A stretch of 64,000 bases of DNA, from positions 354,713-418,712 of the forward strand of contig JBNKHE010000001.1 in NCBI GenBank assembly GCA_050290185.1, in the 5' to 3' direction. The notes under the pieces are model-generated. The model did not search any database, had not been told where the DNA came from, and worked only from the letters and a program-made list of their open reading frames with translations. Of the stretch, positions 29,561-38,760 are shown piece after piece. The position numbers were made by a program, and so were the translations under genes. Position 1 is the stretch's first letter, and every line of letters begins with the position of its first letter. The DNA is from Pontiella sp. (lineage in GTDB: Bacteria > Verrucomicrobiota > Kiritimatiellia > Kiritimatiellales > Pontiellaceae).

Positions 29561-30301
29561 GTGATCATACGTGCTACAGCCATCCCACTTGCCAGCTACC
29601 CCTATTCCAGCACTTCGCGCATTGTCCACTGGCTGACCCGGCAGCAAGGCAAGGTTTCCACCTTGCTCAAGGGCGCCATGCGCCCCAAAAGCCCGTTCCT
29701 CGGCGAGTACGACCTGTTCAGCACCAGCGAGCTCCTCTATTTCGAAAAGCGCATCAACACGCTACATGCGGGCAAGGAGTGCGCCATGCTGCATCGGCGC
29801 GATGCGTTCCGCACCGACTGGCGAGCCATGCAGACCGCCTCCTATCTCTCGGCCCTGCTTGACCGAACCACACCGGACGAAGCACCCCATCCCGAACTGT
29901 TCGAACTATACGAAGAACTGCTCGACCTGGCCGAGACGCATGGCCGCAATCCCCGGTTTGTCATTTGGGCGGAACTTAGGTTTTGCGAGCATCACGGCCA
30001 TGCTCCCCATCTCGTGAATTGTGTGCTCTGCAACGCCCGAACAGATTTGCGGTTTTGCGCCTCCCAAGGCGGAATGACGTGCCCACAATGCACCACGAGC
30101 CGGAAACTGCCCACACTGGAATGCCCGCCGGATGTGCTCGCCATGATGCAAAACTGGCAACGGGCCGACCACCCTTCCGGCGTCGTAAAGACGCATCTGA
30201 CCGGCAGGCAATTGACAGCACTCAACGCCATCATGGGAACATTCATGATGTATCAATTCAATATTCCACCCGAGCTGCGCCATACGGCACTGTCTAGTTG
30301 A
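29561..30301 (+). CDS. recO: DNA repair protein RecO (zinc-finger type)
   Basis: YSSTSRIVHWLT...GKVSTLLKGA.RPKS, CVLC...CPQC. GTG start. Confidence 0.88.
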   Translation: MIIRATAIPLASYPYSSTSRIVHWLTRQQGKVSTLLKGAMRPKSPFLGEYDLFSTSELLYFEKRINTLHAGKECAMLHRRDAFRTDWRAMQTASYLSALLDRTTPDEAPHPELFELYEELLDLAETHGRNPRFVIWAELRFCEHHGHAPHLVNCVLCNARTDLRFCASQGGMTCPQCTTSRKLPTLECPPDVLAMMQNWQRADHPSGVVKTHLTGRQLTALNAIMGTFMMYQFNIPPELRHTALSS

Positions 30302-30633
30302 TTGCGTGGGCGCGCAATTCGTCCTCGTTCCGCTCCTCGGGCCCCGACTCTGGTTGATTCCTGGAAGCCGTTCCCGTTATGTAATCTTTTCGAAGAACAA
30401 CCCGCTTCACCATCGGCGCAGACTCCTAGAATTTCCATAGTGAAATACCGCAGGGCGGGCTCTGCATATTGGACAGAGGCATTGGGTTCGAAGGCCCAAA
30501 GCGTCGTGTTGGGAAACATGCCCTTGCCCTCGAATTCGACCGGTCCGTTCTTCAGACGATTGCCGAAAAACCTAAAACCAAGGCCAAACGCATCTTTATC
30601 GCACCAACCTCCCGCATCGTTTTCAAACATCAT
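30253..30633 (-). pseudogene. Hypothetical or degenerate ORF, possibly an FkbM-like methyltransferase remnant
   Basis: ATGA-coupled to the GT10 gene. MFPNTTLWAFEPN resembles FkbM 'FP..I.AFEP', but no DxGAxxG motif is visible. Confidence 0.25.
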
Positions 30634-31718
30634 TTTCTATGGGCCGTAATCCATCGCATCAAGGCAAACATGGGATATACGACCTTGTAATGAGGGAGAA
30701 GTGTTTTCATGGCGCAATATCGCAGCTTGCCAGCAACAGTACTCATGGCCCAGTAATCCTTGGGATAGTGCGTTTCCTGCGATGCATTGTGCGTTGAAGC
30801 TGCACTCACGATGGTTTCATAGAGCCGAAAGGCGGAGTGCCGCTCCGGTGCATTGTATTCCTTCACGAAGTTTCGCATGCGTTCGGCATAGCCGAGATAT
30901 TCCTCGTCGGTCATGTTCTGAAGGAAAGCATCGAGTTCCTCCGGTGACGAGAATCGCCGATAATCGACAAAGCAGTCGGCTGGAATCAGCTCCTCGATGT
31001 TGCTGCACCCGTAGTAGATGGGGATGGTTTGTGAGGCCATGCAATCGAGAATTTTTTCCGTCAGATACCCGCGTGTCCAGAGCGGATGGTAGGTATTCTC
31101 AAAGCACAACGCATAACGGTATCGTGAAAAGGTTTCCGCCTTGTCTTCGGCAATTCCGCGGTAGTTGGGAGTGTCCATGGCAGGCTTGCCGAAAACATCC
31201 ATCCGCGTTTTCGCATGGGCATGGAACCAGCGGGCCACGTTACGGCGTTCGGAATAGATCTCCTCGGCCGACAGCGAATATTTGTCGCCGCAGACCTGGC
31301 AGATCGCCCTTTCGCGCGCGGCGGGATCGGGCAGGTCTTCGATTGGTTCTATACCGTAATGGGAACAGTACGGCAGATCGTAGTATGCTCCCGGTTCGAA
31401 GGTAAATGCATTCGATAACTCCGTAAGATATGTGTTCCAAGTCAGGATTACATCAAATTGCTTCCATACCCGACGCGTATACTGCATGGGATCGACCGCA
31501 ACTGGTTCATACATATAGAGAAAGCGAAGTGCGTTCGGGCATGTGCGGTCGTGTGTGCGGCGATCGTATACATACTCATTGAAATACACCACGATGTCGG
31601 AAGCGGGCTGCACCATCTTGCTCCACACGACCTCGTAGCTTCCGTCGGACGAAGTGATCGGCGGCAACACATCGGCCGGCATGTTGTTGTTCCGGTATAC
31701 AATGTTAATCCGCAACAT
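30630..31718 (-). CDS. Glycosyltransferase family 10 (alpha-1,3/1,4-fucosyltransferase-like)
   Basis: KAETFSRYRYALCFENT...GYLTEKILDCMASQTIPIYYG, IPADCFVD. Confidence 0.88.
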   Translation of the reverse strand: MLRINIVYRNNNMPADVLPPITSSDGSYEVVWSKMVQPASDIVVYFNEYVYDRRTHDRTCPNALRFLYMYEPVAVDPMQYTRRVWKQFDVILTWNTYLTELSNAFTFEPGAYYDLPYCSHYGIEPIEDLPDPAARERAICQVCGDKYSLSAEEIYSERRNVARWFHAHAKTRMDVFGKPAMDTPNYRGIAEDKAETFSRYRYALCFENTYHPLWTRGYLTEKILDCMASQTIPIYYGCSNIEELIPADCFVDYRRFSSPEELDAFLQNMTDEEYLGYAERMRNFVKEYNAPERHSAFRLYETIVSAASTHNASQETHYPKDYWAMSTVAGKLRYCAMKTLLPHYKVVYPMFALMRWITAHRK

Positions 31719-34104
31719 TCCTGCCCTTTCGTCGCAGCATCAGGACCACCAAGGAAGCGCATAGGATCGAATACCCCGCACACTGCATATAGAAGAAATG
31801 GTGTGAAGGTGCATACTTCATGATCAAGATGTGCTCCCCGGCAGGGATATAAACTCCTTGGCAAAGAAAATCCACACGCGATACTGTAGCACGCTTGCCA
31901 TCAACCGACGCCTTCCAACCGTCATCGTACCGGTCTGCACAACGCAAAATCGCAGGCACTTCCGTGTTAACGCGCAATTTCACCTTTCCATCCCGGTAGG
32001 ACATCAGGTCGACAGAGCCTGTCTGCCCCGAACCGTTCAATTCGGGCAACGGAGAATCCTCGGGAACGACCACCTTGCTGAAGTCCGCCATGCTAGCCAG
32101 CGCCTGATCGTCCGATCCTGTTTGTGCGCCTGCAAAAAGGGCATACCGGGGAAGCGTATTCAGTAGTTCATATACCGACAATGGCCCATTGGGATTTGGA
32201 ACCACCTTGAATTCCCCATGCCCCGCATCCGCCAATCCGTAGGCAAACACCTTCCTGCATCCCGCAGCACTAAGTTGCTTCTGCGCATTCGCCGGGGCTA
32301 GGATATATCTCACCGCTGAAAAGCGCCACATGTTCAAGGGATCGCGCTGCCCGGCAGTCAGCAATGCCTTATAGTCGTTTGCCATACGCGGCATGTCGCT
32401 AAAATTGAATGTGCTGATGCGGTTATAGGGCAGCAGATAGGTAATCCAGATGTTGTCTATTCCCTGCTGGGACAATAGAGCCACGCGTTGTTGTTCAATA
32501 TTCGTCTTTAGGAAATCCGTAAGTGGATTGGCAGCAATGTAACTCCGGGGCATTTCCTTCAAATAGTGTTTCGATAACTGCACAGCGTCGGCAGCAACCA
32601 ACACCACTACCGCAATCCCCACATATCGTTTGAGGGGGATAAGCTTTCCCAACCGCGGGAAGGAGTAGAAAGCAAATACCAGCGCGAGTGAAGCCGACAT
32701 GAATACCGCATGCCCCAACGCAGCCACCTTGTTGTCGACAATCACCTTGGCCATATCAGACGGCCATCCAAGTTTAGCAAAATGGACCACGTCCTCGCTA
32801 CGGTTCAGAGCCAAACTCAACGCGCCGGCTCCAAGCACTGCAAGCAACGCTACAATCCCCCAAAAGAATTTCCTTGGAACAAGCGCCTCTTTCCCCTCCG
32901 GTTTCACCTCGGAGCCGCAGAACAATGCATGGGCGCCATATGCGGAAAGAACAGCGGTACAAACCTGAAACACCTGCAGAAACTTATTCGGATTCCGAAT
33001 GCTGTTCACCACCGGAAATTTGTAGAACAGGGCATAAAACGGAAAGAACTTCCCAAACGCCAACAGCAATGCCACAGCACTGGCACCGCTCCAAAACAAG
33101 ATTTCTGATCGATGCTTCGAACGCCGGCATGAGACCAGCGCGAAGACCGCGAATCCTAGCGGTACCAGGCCAAGGTAGGTGTTTTCGAGTTTGAAGTTTT
33201 GGAACCCCTGCCCTGTTTTTTCCCATTCAGGGGAACGCCCCATTCTTCCCCAATAGGGCCCTTCCGGCTCGCCACTGCGCCAACCGGTATAACCGGGGGC
33301 AATAAATGCCGTGCTTTCTTCGGGAGGCCAGCTCCACTGGGTAACGTAATCCCATTTTGCCGATGCATTTCCAGACTGCATCTGGGCAGAACCTTTGACA
33401 TACTTGTTGTAACCATTCAGCAATGGGCCAGCAGCAAACAAGAACGCAATCAGCGCCGCCGGGACCAGTATCTTTATCCATGCAATCGGTTTGAATCCTT
33501 GTTTTGTGCCTAGATTGAAAATCAAATACGCTCCGGAGAACAGTGCGAAGAACATGGCAATGTCCGTTTGCTGCACAAACATCAAGCCTACGCAACTACC
33601 CCAGATCAGACCAGCGGCCAATGAGCCAGACCCGGCCTTGGCTGCCGGAATCAACGACAGGACAAAAAACATCACTACATAGGGTTTCAGCATGTGGCCG
33701 GGAAAGATCAGGGTGAAATTACTACCCAGCCAGAAAGCGGTTAGACTACCTAGAGCAACCGAGACTCCAATCAATCCCTTTTTTCTAAGGAAAAAATAAA
33801 ATGCGATAGAGGAACCAATACAGGCAATAGGATATATCCAGTTATTCCAGGCGATGCCGTGTATGAAAAGCATGAGCAAGGCGGGAAGCTTGCAAAACAT
33901 AGCTCCCGATGTACCCAGCAATGGGCGGGCATTCCAGTGATAAGCCAATTTTGGGAGAAGTTCAGTCAAAGGGGGGTTGGATCCTGCAATGGCGGCATCC
34001 GTCGTCAGTAGCACATGCTTTCCACTTAAAAAGGGGGCGAACACAACCGCTACAAGAATTGCCAAACCGAGTAAAAGAATGATCCCTTGATAATATTTTT
34101 TCAC
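31705..34104 (-). CDS. YfhO-like GT-C fold polytopic membrane protein
   Basis: HWN...LLG, YLGLVPL, RNPNKF, C-terminal DRYDDGWKASVDGK...GVYIPAGEH...Y. GTG start after AAGGGAG. Confidence 0.8.
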   Translation of the reverse strand: MKKYYQGIILLLGLAILVAVVFAPFLSGKHVLLTTDAAIAGSNPPLTELLPKLAYHWNARPLLGTSGAMFCKLPALLMLFIHGIAWNNWIYPIACIGSSIAFYFFLRKKGLIGVSVALGSLTAFWLGSNFTLIFPGHMLKPYVVMFFVLSLIPAAKAGSGSLAAGLIWGSCVGLMFVQQTDIAMFFALFSGAYLIFNLGTKQGFKPIAWIKILVPAALIAFLFAAGPLLNGYNKYVKGSAQMQSGNASAKWDYVTQWSWPPEESTAFIAPGYTGWRSGEPEGPYWGRMGRSPEWEKTGQGFQNFKLENTYLGLVPLGFAVFALVSCRRSKHRSEILFWSGASAVALLLAFGKFFPFYALFYKFPVVNSIRNPNKFLQVFQVCTAVLSAYGAHALFCGSEVKPEGKEALVPRKFFWGIVALLAVLGAGALSLALNRSEDVVHFAKLGWPSDMAKVIVDNKVAALGHAVFMSASLALVFAFYSFPRLGKLIPLKRYVGIAVVVLVAADAVQLSKHYLKEMPRSYIAANPLTDFLKTNIEQQRVALLSQQGIDNIWITYLLPYNRISTFNFSDMPRMANDYKALLTAGQRDPLNMWRFSAVRYILAPANAQKQLSAAGCRKVFAYGLADAGHGEFKVVPNPNGPLSVYELLNTLPRYALFAGAQTGSDDQALASMADFSKVVVPEDSPLPELNGSGQTGSVDLMSYRDGKVKLRVNTEVPAILRCADRYDDGWKASVDGKRATVSRVDFLCQGVYIPAGEHILIMKYAPSHHFFYMQCAGYSILCASLVVLMLRRKGRNVAD

Positions 34105-34473
34105 AACGCTCCCTTGCTTTTGCCACGCCCGATACAATCTGCCGCCATAACAAACACGATAACATTAGTGGCCCTGCGGCTATATATAATGGGAAAAAGC
34201 GTAGCTTCACGGCACATTGGAGTCGAGCTGTAATCTGATATTAGGCCCCGCGCATCATGTCGATCGAGAAGCAAAAAAACCTGAGTCGCCTAACAGGCAG
34301 GCAAATCCCAACGATAACCCGTTGCTGAAAAATGCTTATAAAGCTCTGTGTTGCCAACGCAATATCAGTTATTTTTTAATCATGTTTACAATGTTTTGCC
34401 AGTGCCGGAACAAGCTCAGGTATCGCGAATAAACGGAAGATATACAAGATACTACGATTGGAACAGATAACTA

Positions 34474-35577
34474 ATGGACACTGCTAACCTTTATGTGCAC
34501 ATCGGGACGCACAAGACTGGATCGACTGCGATTCAGAGCTTTCTTCGTCACCATCAGATGGAACTCAAGAGGAAGGGGTTGGTCTATATCTCTCTGCACG
34601 ATGGCTACGAAGCGCTAATGAAAGCCACACAGGTCGATGAGGATGTTGTTAATGGATTAAGGAAAAACCTGTCGTGCCAGATCGGCAAGAACTTTGCGCA
34701 AAGCAACGTTAGCTATGTGGCGAGCTGGGAAGGCTTTAGCGGAGATCCTGTTTCAGGTTACGATAATGCAGCATTCGTTGCGTCGCACCTAAAGAGATGC
34801 CTTGGTGATATCCCCGTAAAGATCATCGTCTACCTAAGACGTCAGGATAGCTTTCTCGGGTCATTGTACACGCAAAAAATCCACGAGGGGGAATCCTATA
34901 CCTTTGAGCATTTTTCCAACCTGATTCCTCCATTGGCGTTTGACTGGAGAAAGTTGCTGATGGCCTACAGCGACCAGTTCGGGAGAGGCAATATTGTTGT
35001 CAAAAGGTACGACAAAGCATATCTCCCGTCTTCTTTTAGCTTATTGAACGGGTTTTTCGAGATAATCGGTATTGATATTGAAGATATCCTTTCGTCAAAG
35101 AAGCCACCTAATCCCAACAAAGGATATTCAAGGGATGCGCTGGAAATTGCACGATTGTGCAATCCCGAACTTTCCGACCGCGATCAGAAGCGCTTGCGGC
35201 GTATTCTTCAAAAAACCAGCTCTAAACAACCGTTTGAAAAATATACCTACATGACAGGGGAAGACCGAATGGCCTTCATGAAACCATATGAGTCATCCAA
35301 CAAAGCCATAGCGGAACAATATCTTGATGATCCATCGGGCGAACTCTTTCCCACGCCATCTGCAACAACGATTGGCGCAACCCAGCATGAAATGGATACT
35401 GAAGCGATCATCCCCGAGCTGGTTTCAGCTCTTTTGTCCGATAACAGAAATCCTAGGGATACGCTCAAGCAGTTCCTGCAACATTCCTTGGGACCAGCGG
35501 TAAAGGGTCTCTATAGAAAATCCCCGGGTATCATGTATAAAATACGGGAAACGGCCCATAATTTAGGCTTTAAATAG
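34474..35577 (+). CDS. Sulfotransferase-domain protein
   Basis: LYVHIGTHKTGSTAIQ (PAPS-binding loop), SWEGFS, IIVYLRRQD...S.Y.Q, N.GYS. Confidence 0.75.
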   Translation: MDTANLYVHIGTHKTGSTAIQSFLRHHQMELKRKGLVYISLHDGYEALMKATQVDEDVVNGLRKNLSCQIGKNFAQSNVSYVASWEGFSGDPVSGYDNAAFVASHLKRCLGDIPVKIIVYLRRQDSFLGSLYTQKIHEGESYTFEHFSNLIPPLAFDWRKLLMAYSDQFGRGNIVVKRYDKAYLPSSFSLLNGFFEIIGIDIEDILSSKKPPNPNKGYSRDALEIARLCNPELSDRDQKRLRRILQKTSSKQPFEKYTYMTGEDRMAFMKPYESSNKAIAEQYLDDPSGELFPTPSATTIGATQHEMDTEAIIPELVSALLSDNRNPRDTLKQFLQHSLGPAVKGLYRKSPGIMYKIRETAHNLGFK

Positions 35578-35725
35578 CTCATATTGGAAACAACTGACGG
35601 GGATGTTTCTGGAATCTCGAAGTGGATATTGGATCGACATTCCAGTAGATAGATGTCTGATTGAATATAGTTAGATAGCTGATGCCCGCAAGCGGGCTCA
35701 TATTAATTTGGGCAAAAAGGAACCC

Positions 35726-36586
35726 ATGACTTCCGAATACGTTTTACTGACCCTCAAATCCATCATGCGATACTTCAAATATCGTCGCATTCCAAAAGCC
35801 CAAGGCAAACGGGTCATTATTGCTGGAAATGGGCCATCTTTGAAGCAGGCGATTGACACTTATCCGGAAATTCTTGCGGAAACTCCGCTACTTTGCGTCA
35901 ATCACTTCGCAGACAGCCCAGACTTCGCAGTCTTAAAGCCAATGTACTACTGCATGCTGGATCCCAACTTTTTTCTGCCTAACCTCTCGTCCGAACGAGA
36001 AGACGGCAGGAATCGCACGTTCAACAATCTAACCAAATATACGACATGGGATATGCACCTATTCTTCCCATGCATACCTGGACAAATCGTTTTAGAAGAC
36101 TATCTCCGCTCCCCATACATTCACCTACATTCCTGCAATATATATCCGGGGTTTACGTGGCCCAAGATCCGCAACTTTGTCTACAAAACAGGAATATTCA
36201 TGCCACCACCCCAAAATGTTTTGATCGCAGCCATATTCGAAGCAATCAACATGGGATATAAAGAAATTTTTGTATTAGGTGCTGAACACTCTTGGACGGA
36301 ATCCATCGGGGTAGGAAACGACAATACGCTATACATACAAAATCGCCATTTTTCTGGTGTCGGCACAAAAAAACCAATGTACAAATCTGCCCCAAGAAAC
36401 ACAGAAACCTTCAAAGTTCACGAACTGCTCCATGCATTGAGCCGGACCTTTCGGTCTTATTGGTTCCTACGAGAATATGCCACATCTTGTGGCGCTGTTG
36501 TTTACAATTCTACGCCTGAATCGTATATTGACGCGTTTGACCGCAAATCGCTGGACGAGCTCTCGCATAGTAAGGATTCGCAATGA
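35726..36586 (+). CDS. DUF115/Maf or GT42-like nonulosonate transferase candidate
   Basis: VIIAGNGPSLK, CVNHF, KPMYYCMLDP, QNVLIAAI..AINMGYKEIFVLGAEHSW, VYNSTPESYIDAF. Confidence 0.65.
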   Translation: MTSEYVLLTLKSIMRYFKYRRIPKAQGKRVIIAGNGPSLKQAIDTYPEILAETPLLCVNHFADSPDFAVLKPMYYCMLDPNFFLPNLSSEREDGRNRTFNNLTKYTTWDMHLFFPCIPGQIVLEDYLRSPYIHLHSCNIYPGFTWPKIRNFVYKTGIFMPPPQNVLIAAIFEAINMGYKEIFVLGAEHSWTESIGVGNDNTLYIQNRHFSGVGTKKPMYKSAPRNTETFKVHELLHALSRTFRSYWFLREYATSCGAVVYNSTPESYIDAFDRKSLDELSHSKDSQ

Positions 36587-37134
36587 AAATAGGTAAGATA
36601 GTCACGCTTATCCAACACGTTCATCGCCTGTATTCAGTAAAATCTGGGGTTAAGGTCGGGAAGCGTGTGCATATTGGCTTGTGGAGTGCATGCTGGTCTC
36701 CGGATGAGTTGATCATTGAGGACGATGTTTACATCGGCAATCTGTGCACCATCCAGGTCAACGGGCGGATCGGACGATACACCATGATAGCCAACAATGT
36801 TGGAATCATCGGAAAGTTGGATCATGACTTCAGGGAAATAGGAATGCCGATACGTTATGCAAAATGGATAGGAGACCGAAAACAGGGTGATGTCAGAAAG
36901 GACTCCGTAATCATTGGGGAAGATGTATGGGTTGGCTACGGGGCCATCATCCTCTCAGGAGTAACCATTGGCCGCGGAGCCATAGTCGCGGCTGGAAGCG
37001 TTGTCACCAAGAATGTTACCCCCTATGCCATCGTAGCCGGAGTTCCGGCAAAATCCATTGGCGACCGCTTCACTCCCGAAGAAATCGTCGAGCATGAAAT
37101 GAAGCTCTATTCAGAGCATTTCATCAATCGTTAA
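36583..37134 (+). CDS. Hexapeptide-repeat (LbH) acyltransferase
   Basis: VIIGEDVWVGYGAIILSGVTIGRGAIVAAGSVVTKNV.PYAIVAGVPAK. Confidence 0.9.
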   Translation: MKIGKIVTLIQHVHRLYSVKSGVKVGKRVHIGLWSACWSPDELIIEDDVYIGNLCTIQVNGRIGRYTMIANNVGIIGKLDHDFREIGMPIRYAKWIGDRKQGDVRKDSVIIGEDVWVGYGAIILSGVTIGRGAIVAAGSVVTKNVTPYAIVAGVPAKSIGDRFTPEEIVEHEMKLYSEHFINR

Positions 37135-37329
37135 AGACCGACCAGCGGTGTTCGCGGCTCATCTCCCCCTCGGGGAGAGAAAAAAGATGCGTTGCATCCA
37201 GAGAAAAAAACCATAACTCGGAGGGACTCTCATTTGGCGCTCTCCAATGGATGGCGGCAGGTCAGCGCTTCTCTGACATGAGATCAAATTTAATGAATGC
37301 AATCGGCCTATTCTCTAAAACTATGATAG

Positions 37330-37589
37330 TTAACCTCTGTTTTGCATTCCCTGAAAAATGGTGGTGCATTTGTCGTTGGCGGCGACTTCAACCTTTTAGA
37401 TGGATTAGAAGTGCAGGTAGGTAAACATAGACACATCACCAAAAATTGCGGAGTAAGAAACGGTGGATTCGCATGTTGAAGGATGCCGGATTCTCAGAAG
37501 TCAGAGTTTGCTGCAACAATGCCTATCTTTGGATAAACGACACTCTTCCTGAGAATAATGTCTTGGTGGCGCCCAAGGGCAGTCAATGA
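37330..37589 (+). pseudogene. Class I SAM-dependent methyltransferase remnant (C-terminal half, frameshifted)
   Basis: Frame 1 LTSVLHSLKNGGAFVVGGDF...HITK, then frame 3 LRSKKRWIRMLKDAGFSEVRV...*. Shift falls at the A5 run 37441-37445; in-frame stops upstream. Confidence 0.6.
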
Positions 37590-37635
37590 ACTAGAGTTAG
37601 AATGCTGCACATGACTTTCGGATATTCGATAATGA

Positions 37636-38667
37636 TTAATGCTGCCCGTAAATATGCTCTCGCTTTAGCGGCGTTCCCGCTTTGAGACTGAACGCAGCGG
37701 TTTTTCCAAGAATCTGATCCAGATATTTGGGCGGCAATCCATGTCCCGGGCGGATAGATCGGACGTTCTCGGTCGTGAAATTCTCTCCAGCTTTCACATC
37801 CTTGACAATAAAGAGGGATCGGCGAAATAATCTGCCTCCTTCATCGCCAGGTGATCCTCCATACCGTACTTTACCCAATGCTTTCTCGACGTTCCGAACT
37901 GCATCCACCATTTCTTTAAATTCAGCTGGCTCCAGAGAAAAGGAGCTGTCTACACCGCCATCCGCTCTTGATAATGTGAAGTGTTTTTCAACTACTTCAG
38001 CCCCCAATGCGACCGCGGCCACGGGCATGGCAATGCCAAGCGTATGATCTGATATCCCCACCTTACAATTAAAAGTCTCCGCCATATCCGGAATAGTATT
38101 TAAATTTGCATCTTCCGGATCTGCAGGATAAGCACTCGTGCATTTCAGCAAGGTGATATCAGGACACCCCGCCCCCTGCAGGGCTTCAACGGCCTCTCGG
38201 ATCTCCTCTTTGGTAGCCATCCCTGTCGACATAATAACGGGCTTCTTCGTGCTTCCTATTTTTTTCAACAAAGGAGTATCTACCAACTCAAACGAAGCCA
38301 CTTTGTGCCGCGCAACCCCAAGCTTTTCCAGAAAATCAACGGCCGTAGCATCAAAAGGCGTTGAGAAGAGTTCCAATCCACAAGCTTCTGCTTCAGCTTT
38401 AAGTTCAGCATGCCACTCCCATGGAGTATAGGCTTCTTGATAAAGCTGGTACAGAGTCCTGTTTTTCCAAAGAGAATCTTTCCTGGTTAAAAAATATTCA
38501 TTTTTGCAGTCTATCGTCATCGTATCCGCCGTATAAGTCTGGAGTTTTACGGCATCAGCTCCAGTTCTAGATATAGCGCGAATAATCTCGATGGCCTTAT
38601 CAAGGCAGTGATCGTGATTCCCGGACATTTCCGCAATCACGTATGTTCTTCGCAAACAATTACTCAT
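37636..38667 (-). CDS. pseI: Pseudaminic acid synthase
   Basis: IAEMSGNH, KLQTYTADTMT, LYQEAYTPWEWH, KVASFE, LLKCTSAYP, GISDHT, EKHFTL, DSSFSLEP, SAF domain IRPGHGLPP. Confidence 0.9.
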   Translation of the reverse strand: MSNCLRRTYVIAEMSGNHDHCLDKAIEIIRAISRTGADAVKLQTYTADTMTIDCKNEYFLTRKDSLWKNRTLYQLYQEAYTPWEWHAELKAEAEACGLELFSTPFDATAVDFLEKLGVARHKVASFELVDTPLLKKIGSTKKPVIMSTGMATKEEIREAVEALQGAGCPDITLLKCTSAYPADPEDANLNTIPDMAETFNCKVGISDHTLGIAMPVAAVALGAEVVEKHFTLSRADGGVDSSFSLEPAEFKEMVDAVRNVEKALGKVRYGGSPGDEGGRLFRRSLFIVKDVKAGENFTTENVRSIRPGHGLPPKYLDQILGKTAAFSLKAGTPLKREHIYGQH

Positions 38668-38760
38668 ACCTAATCACCCTCATCTTACATCGCAGGCATC
38701 AGAAACAACGCATCAAGTGCAGTTCACCTTAATTTCCTATCATGAAACTCATTGGGCTGA

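Noticed and set aside
37162..37198. Hairpins TCTCCCC/GGGGAGA and GATGC/GCATC as a terminator or IS end
   Set aside because: No U-tract follows the first stem on either strand, the second stem is only 5 bp, and there is no transposase or target duplication.
38668..38760. Remnant of pseH just upstream of pseI
   Set aside because: Only 93 bp, with no convincing GNAT motif in any frame.
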